DNA of 64,000 nucleotides from Tubiluchus corallicola (taxonomy: Eukaryota; Animalia; Priapulida), in assembly GCA_030141605.1 (NCBI GenBank), contig JAQGDQ010000573.1, positions 1-64,000 on the forward strand, written 5' to 3'. Below, one piece after another: positions 49,877 through 62,616 of the stretch. The notes beneath the pieces are model-generated. The model made no database searches. It was not told the origin of the DNA and worked only from the letters and a program-made list of their open reading frames with translations. A program made the position numbers and the translations under genes. Position 1 is the first letter of the stretch. The number at the start of each line of letters is the position of its first letter.

Positions 49877-51312
49877 TTTTGCAATCAGTAACTTCTGTGG
49901 CAGTACTGTAGCATTGTAGAGTAGTTTTGCCATCAGTAACTTCTGTGGCAGTGCTGTAGCATTGTAGAGTAGTTTTGCCATCAGTAACTTCTGTGGCAGT
50001 CCTGTAGCATTGTAGAGTAGTTTTGCCATCAGTAACTTCTGTGGCAGTGCTGTAGCATTGTAGAGTAGTTTTGCCATCAGTAACTTCTGTGGCAGTGCTG
50101 TAGCATTGTAGAGTAGTTTTGCCATCAGTAACTTCTGTGGCATTGTAGAGTAGTTTTGCCATCAGTAACTTCTGTGGCAGTGCTGTAGCATTGTAGAGTA
50201 GTTTTGCCATCAGTAACTTCTGTGGCAGTGCTGTAGCATTGTAGAGTAGTTTTGCCATCAGTAACTTCTGTGGCAGTGCTGTAGCATTGTAGAGTAGTTT
50301 TGCCATCAGTAACTTCTGTGGCAGTGCTGTAGCATTGTAGAGTAGTTTTGCAATCAGTAACTTCTGTGGCAGTACTGTAGCATTGTAGAGTAGTTTTGCC
50401 ATCAGTAACTTCTGTGGCAGTGCTGTAGCATTGTAGAGTAGTTTTGCCATCAGTAACTTCTGTGGCAGTCCTGTAGCATTGTAGAGTAGTTTTGCCATCA
50501 GTAACTTCTGTGGCAGTGCTGTAGCATTGTAGAGTAGTTTTGCCATCAGTAACTTCTGTGGCAGTGCTGTAGCATTGTAGAGTAGTTTTGCCATCAGTAA
50601 CTTCTGTGGCAGTGCTGTAGCATTGTAGAGTAGTTTTGCCATCAGTAACTTCTGTGGCAGTGCTGTAGCATTGTAGAGTAGTTTTGCCATCAGTAACTTC
50701 TGTGGCAGTGCTGTAGCATTGTAGAGTAGTTTTGCCATCAGTAACTTCTGTGGCAGTGCTGTAGCATTGTAGAGTAGTTTTGCCATCAGTAACTTCTGTG
50801 GCAGTGCTGTAGCATTGTAGAGTAGTTTTGCCATCAGTAACTTCTGTGGCAGTGCTGTAGCATTGTAGAGTAGTTTTGCAATCAGTAACTTCTGTGGCAG
50901 TGCTGTAGCATTGTAGAGTAGTTTTGCCATCAGTAACTTCTGTGGCAGTGCTGTAGCATTGTAGAGTAGTTTTGCCATCAGTAACTTCTGTGGCAGTGCT
51001 GTAGCATTGTAGAGTAGTTTTGCCATCAGTAACTTCTGTGGCAGTGCTGTAGCATTGTAGAGTAGTTTTGCAATCAGTAACTTCTGTGGCAGTGCTGTAG
51101 CATTGTAGAGTAGTTTTGCCATCAGTAACTTCTGTGGCAGTACTGTAGCATTGTAGAGTAGTTTTGCCATCAGTAACTTCTGTGGCAGTGCTGTAGCATT
51201 GTAGAGTAGTTTTGCCATCAGTAACTTCTGTGGCAGTGCTGTAGCATTGTAGAGTAGTTTTGCCATCAGTAACTTCTGTGGCAGTACTGTAGCATTGTAG
51301 AGTAGTTTTGCC
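49877..51312. repeat. 48-bp minisatellite, about 30 copies
   Basis: Unit CATCAGTAACTTCTGTGGCAGTGCTGTAGCATTGTAGAGTAGTTTTGC. Confidence 0.97.
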
Positions 51313-51728
51313 AATGTAGCATTGATGTAGGGACGTGCTTTTTTGAATGTCCCATCCTTTTGAGCTACCAAACTTCTAAGTTTAGTCATTTGGTGCTGTC
51401 GGATAAGATGATCATTAATTAAGAGACCCGGTAGCTTTTCTGTGCGGACTTGCTCTGATGTGATGCTGTTCATTTTTATACCAAGATCTAGTGAATTGGT
51501 TACACAGGCTCGTTTTTGGGCAATTTATTTCAAATGTATTTTATTAATGGTTATTTTATGTGTTTGTTACCTTTGTCTTTTTATGTTTGTAAATGGTTTT
51601 TAATAGTTGTAGCATTTGCAAAGCATTTCAGTATTTCTAATATATGGTTTACTCTATGGTCTAATTGTTTAGACAGTTTAACACTTGCACTGTCACTGTG
51701 CTGCTTTTCTTGTGAATTAACATTAATA

Positions 51729-52500
51729 CTAGCAAAGGCCCCGCAAAAATTTTCCGTATAAATACACGTATCATCAAAAATATGCGAACATCCTACATAG
51801 TCCTCATTTATAACGCAAAGCCAGCAGCAGCAGCAGCTTTTACTGAATTAAAGTTATAGACAGAGTATAATGGATGACGTCAGAACAATGGCTTTGCGTC
51901 AGCAGTTTTCCAAGCGAAAATTGCGGAAAATAGAACATCTAATTAACTCATCGGTACTCCTTTTGGTGGACGTGCCCTAAAATATAGCCCACATCATCGT
52001 GTAGCCCTGTTCTTCCTCTTTCTAAAGAGCCGTATATCTCCTTCCGAGAGTCCCACCAGTCGCCACTAGAATGTTTTTTCTGCGGGCTGTTTGGTCAAAA
52101 TTTCGAAAAAATCGCGAGTTGGGTCCGGGAAAACGCCCGTTACGGGACGCTGTGGTCCTCTCGCAAAATCCTAAATAGGCCTGTGACACCCACCGATGAA
52201 CGGGCTATCTATCCATGGCCAGCACCACCCATGGCCCGTTCCCGTTTTTCAGATCTCAGACGTATAACTTTTGCAAAAATGGCCGAAAAAGGAAAAAAGG
52301 GCCATTTTTGGAGATTACCCCCCCCCCCCCCCCGTTCGTCCCGGTGGACCCGATTCGAAAAAATAAACCCCCAATGGCATGACACTAGATCGAGACCTTT
52401 CGTTTGATGCATAGATCGCCGCAAATGGTGCCGTCGTCGAAGCTGTAGCCTCGAATCTTATATGTAAATAAATATATAAATATATATATATATATATATG
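51729..52500 (-). mobile_element. Non-autonomous Helitron-like element, longest copy
   Basis: Reverse complement of the 41180 and 55841 copies, ending ...GCCTTTGCTAG|T. Confidence 0.75.
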
Positions 52501-52794
52501 TACCAGTAGAATTAATATATACGATATTGTTGGGACATACATGTATTGCAAAACTTATGCTTATTTTTGTTTAGTGTATAGGTTACTTTTTTAAATAGAT
52601 GTCTTCTGATTGAAAAAAATGAATCAAAATTGATGTTCGCGCGTTAATGATTTGATAAAATAGCGTCATTCGTGATGATAGCCATCGATTTCTCTTTGCG
52701 TATGCTCTCTTTGTTACACGTGAGGAGCTAATTGTATGTTCAAAATGAAGATTCTTGCTAAATTTTGAGGATGTATTGCTTGTTTTAGTTTCAG

Positions 52795-52909
52795 ATTGCA
52801 GACAGCTACGTGAAGAAATATGAACTGAATTCAGACCAGGCTGCAGCACTTCACCAAATTGCACGAATGATCTCTTCAGAAAGTTTAACTGCTGTGACGC
52901 TTATACATG
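52795..52909 (+). CDS. ZGRF1: ZGRF1 exon, helicase Q motif
   Basis: IADSYVKKYELNSDQAAALHQIARMISSESLTAVTLIH(G); LNxDQ Q-motif leading into Walker A. Confidence 0.93.
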
Positions 52910-53593
52910 GTAAGAAGAGCGTAAATTTCTTGCTTACAAGTAATTCTTTATGGGTAATTTTTTTTCTTCTTCAAAAGTGCATCACTTTGCTTTACTTTTA
53001 TGCTAGAGGTGTGGTACTACCGGTCTGCTATGGTCTATTGTGCAAAGTAAGTGGTGTTAAGTAACACTGCACAAAAATCAGGGATCATCTGGTAAACAAA
53101 AATAAAATTTTTAGTGTTCAATGATTTTCACTAGTCCTTTCTTAGTTAATTTGAGTAATTAGTTAATTAGTTAATTTTCTTAGTTTATTCATTACATGCA
53201 AATAGATAATGGCTGAAATGATGATTTTTTATAATTAGTATAATGGCAATTTTTTGTGGAGAAGGTAGAATAGTTATATTTAGTTTACTGGAAATGTACA
53301 GTCACTGTACTTGACCTTGGTAAGACCTTCACGCTTGTATTTTTGTTTTTGTATTTCTGCACGTTTATGTATTTTTTAATATAGTTGTGCTCTGCTGTCA
53401 TTAGCGTCTTTTTGTTTACTGTCTTTTGAGAAGGGTGGTTGATTCGATAACCTTTGGTTTTTCGCCACCCTTTCTCCCATGTTCGTTTGTATTTATGTGT
53501 CTTTCATTGTCAAATTATTGTAAATTTATGAAGAAAATAAATTACTATTACTATTACTATTACTATTACTATTACTATTACTATTACTATTAC

Positions 53594-54235
53594 TATAGCT
53601 TTTACACGTCAAATGTAGACCCAGGAAAGTTCAAATGTGACTTAGGTAAGTCAAATGTAGACATAGGAATTTTGAATGTGTTTTGGTAACTCAAATGTGA
53701 CTTAGGTAAGTCAAATGTAGACATAGGAATTTTGAATGTGTTTTGGTAACTCAAATGTGACTTAGGTAAGTCAAATGTAGATGCATTACTTTGAATAAAT
53801 CGGTAATTAACTCATTTAAGTGCAAATTAGAAAAAGATAAACCAAAGATAGTGCATCTATTAGTAGGCCTATAAAGTTGTTATTTTAACTTAGGAGCGAT
53901 TATTAAATTGAAATTAAAGAAGATTAAATTTAACATCCTTAAACTTTACCACCTATCCACATTGATAAACCAATGTCACATTTGACTTGACATGTGTCTA
54001 CATTTGACTTACCAAAAGCGCTTAATATTTGTTGAAAACCATTGTTAACACATTTGAACTACCTAAGTCTACATTTGAGTTACCAAGACACATTTGAATT
54101 AGCTAAATCTACATTTGAGTTACCAAGACACATTTGAATTATCTAAATCTACATTTGAGTTACCAAGACACATTTGAATTACCTAAATCTACATTTGAGT
54201 TAACGCAGGTCTACATTGGACATGTAAAACCTATA
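53594..54235. mobile_element. Foldback MITE family D, longer copy inside a (TAY)n tail
   Basis: Same TIRs; extra 60-bp (left) and 40-bp (right) subterminal tandem units. Confidence 0.85.
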
Positions 54236-54692
54236 TTATTATTACTATTGACCTGGTCTTGGTAAGAAAACCTTGCGCTTTTTGAATAGAAGTATCATGG
54301 ACAAGCAGTGGTGTAGCAAGTACTTGTGACAAACAATTTCTCTGGTGCCCTACCCCTTTAATGTTTTGCTCATTTGTTTCCTGGATGAAGCCACAAATTA
54401 TTTGCGTCCCTGAGCCTGCCTTTCCTTTTTCGACACGATGGGATAAAGACAAACAAATTTTTCTACGAATCGTCTTGAGTTTGATTTGCAGTATTGCACC
54501 AGAGTAACTCTTCTATCCGTAAATTGCTCATAAACAGTACTTAAACATTCAACTCCAGCATTTAAACATGCAAAGATTATGAAAGATACAGAACACTCCC
54601 GGTTTTCACAATACGTGTAATACAATCAGCATTTAGTTTGTCCCTGTTTGTCCCAAAATTATCGGTCTGCTAAGCCACACGACACCCTACAC

Positions 54693-55107
54693 CAGGGGTG
54701 TGCAAATTATCTGATTAGCCAGGCCAGATTAAACATTCCCGCAATTCCTGTGAGACACATTCAGTTTGGTCAAGGAGCCAAGTACAGTAGGACCTAATAA
54801 CGATTTTTTTGCATCCGATTTGTGCACATCGTTACTACTGCACTACTACACTCAAGAAACTATTTTAGAAGTTATTAAAATTTATGTTAAAAACCACATA
54901 TTTTGTCATGTCCGACAGTGACATTAAGTGACAACGGTCTTGTAAGGGTTAATGCCATCCGATCTAGAGGAAAAAACTACCCGCACTATCTTTGCGATAT
55001 TGGCGCGGACTTCAGCTGGATCGCGTGGGCCGCACATTCATTACGTTGACAAACCTCTTCGCGGGCCTCACAAGATCTCTCGGCGGGCCGCAGCTTGCAC
55101 ACCCCTG
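54693..55107 (-). mobile_element. hAT-like MITE family A, inverted and internally deleted
   Basis: TIRs intact; TSD ccctacac / ccttacac. Confidence 0.87.
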
Positions 55108-55368
55108 CCTTACACGCTGTTAAGTAACAACTATAACCTTTTTTCTAGGCTCTATACAGTAATTAAGTCAGCCACGATGATCTCTGACTAGGCATTTTTG
55201 TTGTAGTTTGAAAATTTTTGTTAATTGTTTCGGATTAGTAATTAATAATTAACAGTTATGGAACTCTCGCATTCTCACCTTTGCCACACCTCTGTGGACA
55301 GGTAGGTATTAATATCTCATTAATTTTTCATTAATATTGATTTTTCTGATTGTTGTCGTTATTTGTAG

Positions 55369-55588
55369 GTGTGTTCGGTGCTGGCAAAAGCTTTCTGCTT
55401 GCAATAGTCGTGTTGTTCTTATTGAATGTAATCGAGCAAGCGGCAGATACTAACTTGAAGGTGTTGATTTCATCAATGACGAATGTAGCAGTGGACAGAA
55501 TACTTCTTGGCTTGCTGGAGTTGGGATTCAGCGACTTCATTCGCGTAGGCAGCATTAAGAAAATGGCGAAACCACTGCTGCCATTTAG
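55369..55588 (+). CDS. ZGRF1: ZGRF1 exon, SF1 helicase motifs I and Ia
   Basis: GVFGAGKS (Walker A) and KVLISSMTNVAVDRIL (motif Ia), FIRVGS. Confidence 0.96.
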
Positions 55589-55840
55589 GTAAGAATGTTT
55601 TTTTTTAAATCGCAGAGAGAGAGAAATAGTTTGTTCAAATTTTGCATTAGAATTTGATTCATTTTGGACTGTAGTTCATTTCATAAGTATTGGTGGTAAA
55701 AGTCTGAGAGATGATATTGTTGTATAGGGCTGGAAAAAACCCTTAAATGTGATGATTATGGGGCAGAGTAGTGAGAATGAAAACTGGCAAGATTGAGCAT
55801 TGGTGGTTTCAAACAAAATTATTAATCCCGGTTGTTGCAG

Positions 55841-56257
55841 ATTTTTGCAAAAGTTATACGTTTGAGATCTGGGGAACGGGAACTGGCCATGGGTGGTGCT
55901 GGCTATGAATAGATAGTCCGTTCAGCGGTGGGTGTCATAGGCGTATTTAGAATTCGCGAGAGGGCCACGGCGTCCCACAAGGGGCGTTTTCCCGGACCCG
56001 ACTCTCGATTTTTTCGAAATTTTGACCAAGCAGCCTGCGGAAAAAACATTCCAGTGACGACGAGTTAATTAGATGTTCTATTTTCGGCAATTTTCGCTTG
56101 GAAAACCATTATACTCTGCTTATAACTTTAATTCAGTAAAAGCTGCTGCTGCTGCTGCTGCTGGCTTTGTGTTGTAAATGAGGACTGTGTAGGATGTTCG
56201 CGTATTATTGATTATAAGTGTATTTATACGCAAAATTTTTTGCGGGACGTTTGCTAG
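55841..56257 (+). mobile_element. Non-autonomous Helitron-like element, 5'-truncated
   Basis: Ends ACGCAAAATTTTTTGCGGGACGTTTGCTAG|T (hairpin about 10 nt upstream of CTAG). Confidence 0.75.
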
Positions 56258-56333
56258 TTTGTATTATTGCTGTTGGTTTTTTTTGGTGACAATTATTTGT
56301 TTTCTTTCTTAAAGTTTAATTGTTATTATTTAG

Positions 56334-56547
56334 TGTTAAAGGAGCATTAGGAGATGATGACCAAGAACAGAGAGAGTTGCAGGAGATGCTAAAAGAGGAC
56401 CTATTGCCATCAGAGAGATATCACGTCCGCCGAGCCCTTGACGTAGCGAGGTTGGGCGCAAACAAGTTACGGTTAAAGAAAGTCCGCGTGGTGGGGGTAA
56501 CCTGCGCTGCTTGTCCATTTGCTTGCTTGGATGGCATGGTATTTCCG
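56334..56547 (+). CDS. ZGRF1: ZGRF1 exon, helicase
   Basis: (S)VKGALGDDDQEQRELQEMLKEDL...VRVVGVTCAACPFACLDGMVFP (motif Ib). Confidence 0.94.
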
Positions 56548-56586
56548 GTGAGACGTCTCCAAACTATTATAGGTTATAGCGTATAG

Positions 56587-57075
56587 CAGGAGTGTGCAAA
56601 TTGCGGCCCGCCGAGAGAATTTGTGCGACCCGCAAAGAGAGAAGAGATTTGTCAACCTAATGAAAGTGCGGCCCGGGCGATTAATTGAGTGTATCTAGCT
56701 GAAGTGCGTGCCACGATCCCAAAGATAGTGCGGGTAGTTTTTTCTACTAGATCGGATGCCATTAACCCTTACAAGACGGTTGTAGCTTAATAACACTGTA
56801 CTACACAGACTGTGTGATACACATTACTAATATGCATTGTAATGAACTTACCACTATCTGTCCAGAAAGTAGAAATATATGGTTTGTAATATAAATTTTA
56901 ATAACTTCTAAAATAGTTTCTTGAGTTGTAGTAGTAATGATGTACGCAGGTCGGATGCAAAAAATCGTTATTAGGTCCTACTGTACTTGGCTTCTTGATC
57001 AAACTGCATGTGGCCCGCAGGAATTGCAGGAAAGTTTAATGTGGCCCGGCTAGTCAGATAATTTGCACACGCCTG
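56587..57075 (+). mobile_element. hAT-like MITE family A
   Basis: TSD gcgtatag / gcatatag. Confidence 0.88.
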
Positions 57076-57939
57076 GCATATAGCATTGTTGTTGTCATTG
57101 TCAGTGGTGGCGGCAACTGTGAAATGTGTGTAATTACTGCACTTGTTGTACCTCCATTATTGCTGGGAGGTGACATTGTTTGTTAATAATTTTTTTTACT
57201 CTCATTAACTAATAAGTCTACTCAATCAACTCAATCTACTCAACTAACAATGTATAATTTTATAGGCGTTATATTTCAAGTAGCTGATTGGATCAGAGCA
57301 GTCCAGCATAGCATATGCTCCCACTAACAATACATAATTTTATTTCCTGTATTACATCTGGTTGTTGTGGAGAAACTTTGTGAACCAAGTTACTATGAAC
57401 AATGTTGTTTTCTCATTGCTTGTACTGTTTTTAGGTCTAGAATACATTGAATTACATTTGTATCTATTCTTAATGGAGGCAGAATGGATGACGCTGTGGC
57501 CTAAATTATGCTGCGTGTTTTTAATTAAGCTAATCAAACGCTCCAGCTAAAACAAAACTCGAATCATGGAGTTGAATTGACCATTTATTATTAAACAATT
57601 GCAGTTTCTTAAGTAAGAACAATCAGCTTACCCAAACGACAACCCTAGAAGAAAGGGACTCAACCCGCCCGTTTGCGGCAAAGCCTGTGAACAGAGCTGG
57701 AGGAGACAGGCTGCAGTAAATGACACCGATCACTGACAAGGATCTACAGTAAACCTTCCCTTTTTATAAGCTCAAGTGTCAATTTATTTCACTCCAGCAA
57801 TACATCAACATCAATATACAATATTATTGAAACAAAAAGAAACAGTATAGGTAAAAAAACGTTGATGAAGTCAAATTAACCAAATAAAAGAGTTGCTGTA
57901 TGACACCTTGAAAGTTTGGCTTGTTAGGGTGGCAGAAAT

Positions 57940-58485
57940 AAGTGAATGAAAGGTTAGGGTTAGTAGACATGATGGAATGGAAAAAATAGTAAGATTAGGG
58001 AGAGGAAGAAGGAAGGGAGGAGAGGATGAGTGAATGAAAGAATAGTTAGGGTTAGTAGACATGAAGGAATGGAAAAAATAGTAAGATTGGGGATAGAAAG
58101 AAGGAAGGGAGGGGAGGATGAGTGAATGAAAGAATGGTTAGGGTTAGTAGACATGATGGAATGGAAAAAATAGTAAGATTGGGGATAGGAAGAAGGAAGG
58201 GAGGAGAGGATGAGTGAATGAAAGAATGGTTAGGGTTAGTAGACACGATGGAATGGAAAAAATAGTAAGATTAGGGATAGGAAGAAGGAAGGGAGGAGAG
58301 GATGAGTGAATGAAAGAATGGTTAGGGTTAGTAGACATGATGGAATGGAAAAAAATAGTAAGATTAGGGATAGGAAGAAGGAAGGGAGGAGAGGATGAGT
58401 AAATGAAAGAATGGTTAGGGTTAGTAGACACGATGGAATGGAAAAAATAGTAAGATTAGGGATAGGAAGAAGGAAAAGAGGAGAA
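57940..58485. repeat. 92-bp purine-rich tandem repeat, about 6 copies
   Basis: Unit contains GGTTAGGGTTAG and GGAAGAAGGAAGGGAGGAGAGG. Confidence 0.93.
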
Positions 58486-58857
58486 GAAATGACCACAGTA
58501 AGTGTGCACGCTACTGTTCTAGATAAAGCCACTTTCACATGCACACTTGCGAGGTCCACTGTATTTCCTTGCCAGTATTAGGCTCAGGTGTGCACGCGAC
58601 TGGTAGCTTTTACGAAAACCAGATCAGAATACGAGACTGTTCTAGATAAAGCCACTTTCACATGCACACTTGAGATGTACACTGTATTTCCTTGCCAGTA
58701 TTACATTTCATTTCTTTAATTTCAGTTTTAATAATATAATTGTAACTCTGATACGAGCTTACTCCTGCCCCGAGTACAGTATGAACCTTTAATGATATCT
58801 TGCTGGGTTATAGTTGTGATGTTCCACATCTCATACATTGTAGTGATATTTTTATAG

Positions 58858-59043
58858 CTAATTCTTCTTGATGAATGCAGTCAAATGACAGAACCTGTAT
58901 CATTGCTACCCATTGCCACTTTTGGCTGCCAAAAATTGGTTCTTGTTGGCGACCCAAAACAACTTGACCCGACAATCGAAGGCTCAGAAGGAACATGTGA
59001 GCAAGACCTCAGACAAACGTTGTTTGATCGTATGATACGACTG
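58858..59043 (+). CDS. ZGRF1: ZGRF1 exon, helicase motifs II and III; ends at a GC donor
   Basis: LILLDECSQMTEP (Walker B), LVLVGDPKQLDP (motif III), TLFDRMIRL|GCAAGT. Confidence 0.95.
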
Positions 59044-60009
59044 GCAAGTATCTTGATTAGTTTTCAGTAATAGAAACCTCACCGTAATTAAGTGAATTGT
59101 AATCTGTAAGTTTGTAAGTCAAAAGTAACTTGATAACGAGGAAATGACTAAATCAATCGAAATACTAAATGATAATGAATTGTAAGACTCTCATTTAAAT
59201 TCGTTTCTGAACATAGTTGTAAAATTGCAAACAATAAAGTTTGCGCTGTTTTTTAAGGAAGACAGATGATTTTTCATATACTAACTCATTTTCAAGTCCG
59301 ATAAAAAGTATACATTTTAACACAGTTAACACTGCAAAAACGTTTTTGATAATTAAATAATAGATTAAACACTTAATTAACGGTGGGCAAACCCAACTGT
59401 TGATGACATCACAAACTAACATTATTTCAAAAGCGAAAATATTCCACGAGCGTGTTGAACGTGTTTGCGAAACCGAAATTGAAATATAGCGTCACTGTAA
59501 GATATTCAGTACGTTGTAATAAAACTTGACAAGTTTTAAGATAAGAATTCAATTTTGAAATTTACTGCTGTGTTCATGCATGAGCTGTCGAACTAGCAAA
59601 CTAACGCTCATGAACTGAGAGGTACAGCATCTGTTTTTTTGTGTAATGTGTATCTGAAATGCAGGCACTAGTGTCTGTCTAATTAGTGAATAGTGAAATG
59701 CATGTAACAGCAAAGAACTAATGATGCAAATGCGAAATTGTGTTTGTGAAAATAATTCTTTCACATAAGTCGTTTTTGAAAAAAATAGTATTTTTCCTTT
59801 CCAGATTTTAAAAACTAGATTGTTTTGTCCTACAGTTTAAGATTGGGTCTGGTTTTGCTTTAAATTAGTTATTGCGACATTCATAATGTACATTAATAGC
59901 TCATTATATTATAAATATCATATAAAGCCATACAGTGTTGCAGTGTAATCAGACTAAAGCTGCTAAAAATGTGGCAGTTGATGATTATGTCAAGAACAGC
60001 ATAAACAAG

Positions 60010-60120
<111 letters not shown>

Positions 60121-60510
60121 TTGTTAGTTTATCACCATTTTTAAAATAGCAAAATACACAACTAACAGATTTATAAATCTATACAACATACAATAATATT
60201 ACGCAGTGCAAAAGTAATTATTGATTAGTGGTGAAAGGGTGGCGAAAGAACTATAAGTTATCGAGGTCAGCCACCCTCTCAGGATTGTTACTAATATAAT
60301 CAGTTAATGCGCATCTACCAGGTAATTAAAAATGATCAGATTTTGCATTTAGGATGAATGAAAAAGAACAGCTACAATGACAACTATTGTAACATGCTGC
60401 AATACATTCAAAATAACAAATTTAAAGCATATATATATTTCTCCAAGAATTACTATAAATAATTTGTGAGTTTGTAGATTAATGCTAACAAATAAGGAAT
60501 GTCATTTTAG

Positions 60511-60639
60511 GGTTATGAACCACTGATGTTGAGAACTCAGTACAGATGTCATCCGGATATTAGTGCAGTGGCTAATAATCTCTTCTATGATGGACGCCTC
60601 TTGAATGGCATAACTGAGCAGGAAAGACCACCTCTTCTT
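60511..60639 (+). CDS. ZGRF1: ZGRF1 exon, helicase motif IIIa/IV
   Basis: GYEPLMLRTQYRCHPDISAVANNLFYDGRLLNGITEQERPPLL. Confidence 0.96.
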
Positions 60640-60822
60640 GTATGTATGCATTTTGCCTGCACATAATTTTATTTTTTTTAAGTTTTCAGGTAGTAACCAT
60701 GAATGTTAGATAGGTGTCCAGTACAGTCAAAACTCGTTATAACGCCAGGTCTGGGGATATATCGCTAAATATGACGCTATGGCAGGGTTGGCGGTAAGGC
60801 GAGGTTCATTAAATATCAAGAC

Positions 60823-61293
60823 CAGGGGTGTGGGTGTGCAACTTGCGGCCCGCCGAGAGAATTTGTGCGGCCCGCGAAGAGATTGGTCAACCTAATGAAA
60901 GTGCGGCCCGGGCGATTAATTGAGTGTATCCAGCTGAAGTCCGTGCCACGATCCCAAAGATAGTGCGGGTAGTTTTTTCTACTAGATCGGATGCCATTAA
61001 CCCTTACATGATGGTTGTAGCTTAATGTCACTGTACTACACAGACTGCGTGATACACATTACTAATATGCATTGTAATGAAATTACCACTATCTGTCCTG
61101 AAAGTAGAAATATATGGTTTGTAATATAAATTTTAATATCTTCTAAAATAGTTTCTCGAGTTGTAGTAGTAATGATGTACACAGGTCTGATGCAAAAAAA
61201 TCGTTATTAGGCCTTTCTGTACTTGACTCCTTGATCAAACTGCCTGTGGCCCGCAGGAATTGCCCAGCTAGTCAGATAATTTGCACACCCCTG
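60823..61293 (+). mobile_element. hAT-like MITE family A, nested in a pogo-like element
   Basis: Exact 8-bp TSD atcaagac. Confidence 0.92.
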
Positions 61294-61686
61294 ATCAAGA
61301 CCATTCCAGTCTGTAACCTCTATTTTGTTTCCTAGTTAAATTTAATGTCAGAAATTTTATGATTTTATTAAACTTACAACAATACATGTGTTAAAACTGT
61401 ACATTTTACTGTACTAACAAAAGTAATGCAGGTGTAATATTCCTGTCTCCTGATAAGAGGAATATGCAACCGCGCAGCCCACCCACGGTCCCAACGTAAC
61501 ATTACTAGATAATTAAAACTATATAATGTATGACCTTGAGGCAAACAGCTTTTACAGTTAAATTCACGTCAGTTGAGTACTGAAGCTTAGCTACGCAACT
61601 CTTGTACTCTTAATGCTCAAAACCTCATCATTCACTTTCACACAGTCACTTGCAACAAGATCTAAATCTTATTGTAAACATCATAA

Positions 61687-62616
61687 TTGTTTTCTGTTCA
61701 GAGGTCATTGTTTTTGCAACACAATGGCTGTTTTTCTGTTCAGAGGTCATTGTTTTTAAACACAATGGCTGTTTTTCTGTTCAGAGGTCGTTGTTTTTAC
61801 AACACAATGGCTGTTTTTCTGTTCAGAGGTCATTGTTTTTACAACACAATGGCTGTTTTTCTGTTCAGAGCTCATTGTTTTTGCAACACAATGGCTGTTT
61901 TTCTGTTCAGAGCTCATTGTTTTTGCAACACAATGGCTGTTTTTCTGTTCAGAGGTCATTGTTTTTGCAACACAATGGCTGTTTTTCTGTTCAGAGGTCA
62001 TTGTTTTTACAACACAATGGCTGTTTTTCTGTTCAGAGGTCATTGTTTTTACAACACAATGGCTGTTTTTCTGTTCAGAGGTCATTGTTTTTGCAACACA
62101 ATGGCTGTTTTTCTGTTCAGAGGTCATTGTTTTTGCAACACAATGGCTGTTTTTCTGTTCAGAGGTCATTGTTTTTGCAACACAATGGCTGTTTTTCTGT
62201 TCAGAGGTCATTGTTTTTGCAACACAATGGCTGTTTTTCTGTTCAGATGTCATTGTTTTTACAACACAATGGCTGTTTTTCTGTTCAGAGCTCATTGTTT
62301 TTGCAACACAATGGCTGTTTTTCTGTTCAGAGGTCATTGTTTTTACAACACAATGGCTGTTTTTCTGTTCAGAGGTCATTGTTTTTACAACACAATGGCT
62401 GTTTTTCTGTTCAGAGCTCATTGTTTTTGCAACACAATGGCTGTTTTTCTGTTCAGGGGTCATTGTTTTTACAACACAATGGCTGTTTTTCTGTTCAGGG
62501 GTCATTGTTTTTACAACACAATGGCTGTTTTTCTGTTCAGGGGTCATTGTTTTTACAACACAATGGCTGTTTTTCTGTTCAGAGGTCAATGTTTTTGCAA
62601 CACAATGGCTGTTTTT
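61687..62616. repeat. 39-bp minisatellite, about 24 copies
   Basis: Unit TGTTTTTCTGTTCAGAGGTCATTGTTTTTRCAACACAATGGC-type. Confidence 0.97.

Noticed and set aside
49626-51473. 615-aa repeat-protein ORF (also ORFs at 19252-19821 and 61650-62703)
   Set aside because: These arise from stop-free minisatellite units whose length is a multiple of 3. They are open in several frames, change frame within the array, and show no domain similarity.
57950-58430. Interstitial telomere
   Set aside because: Only about two TTAGGG-like units per 92-bp monomer; not a telomeric tract.
60230-60283. Hammerhead ribozyme in the recurrent hairpin (CTGA and CGAAA present)
   Set aside because: CTGA and GAAA are on opposite strands, so the CUGANGA...GAAA core cannot form on one RNA.
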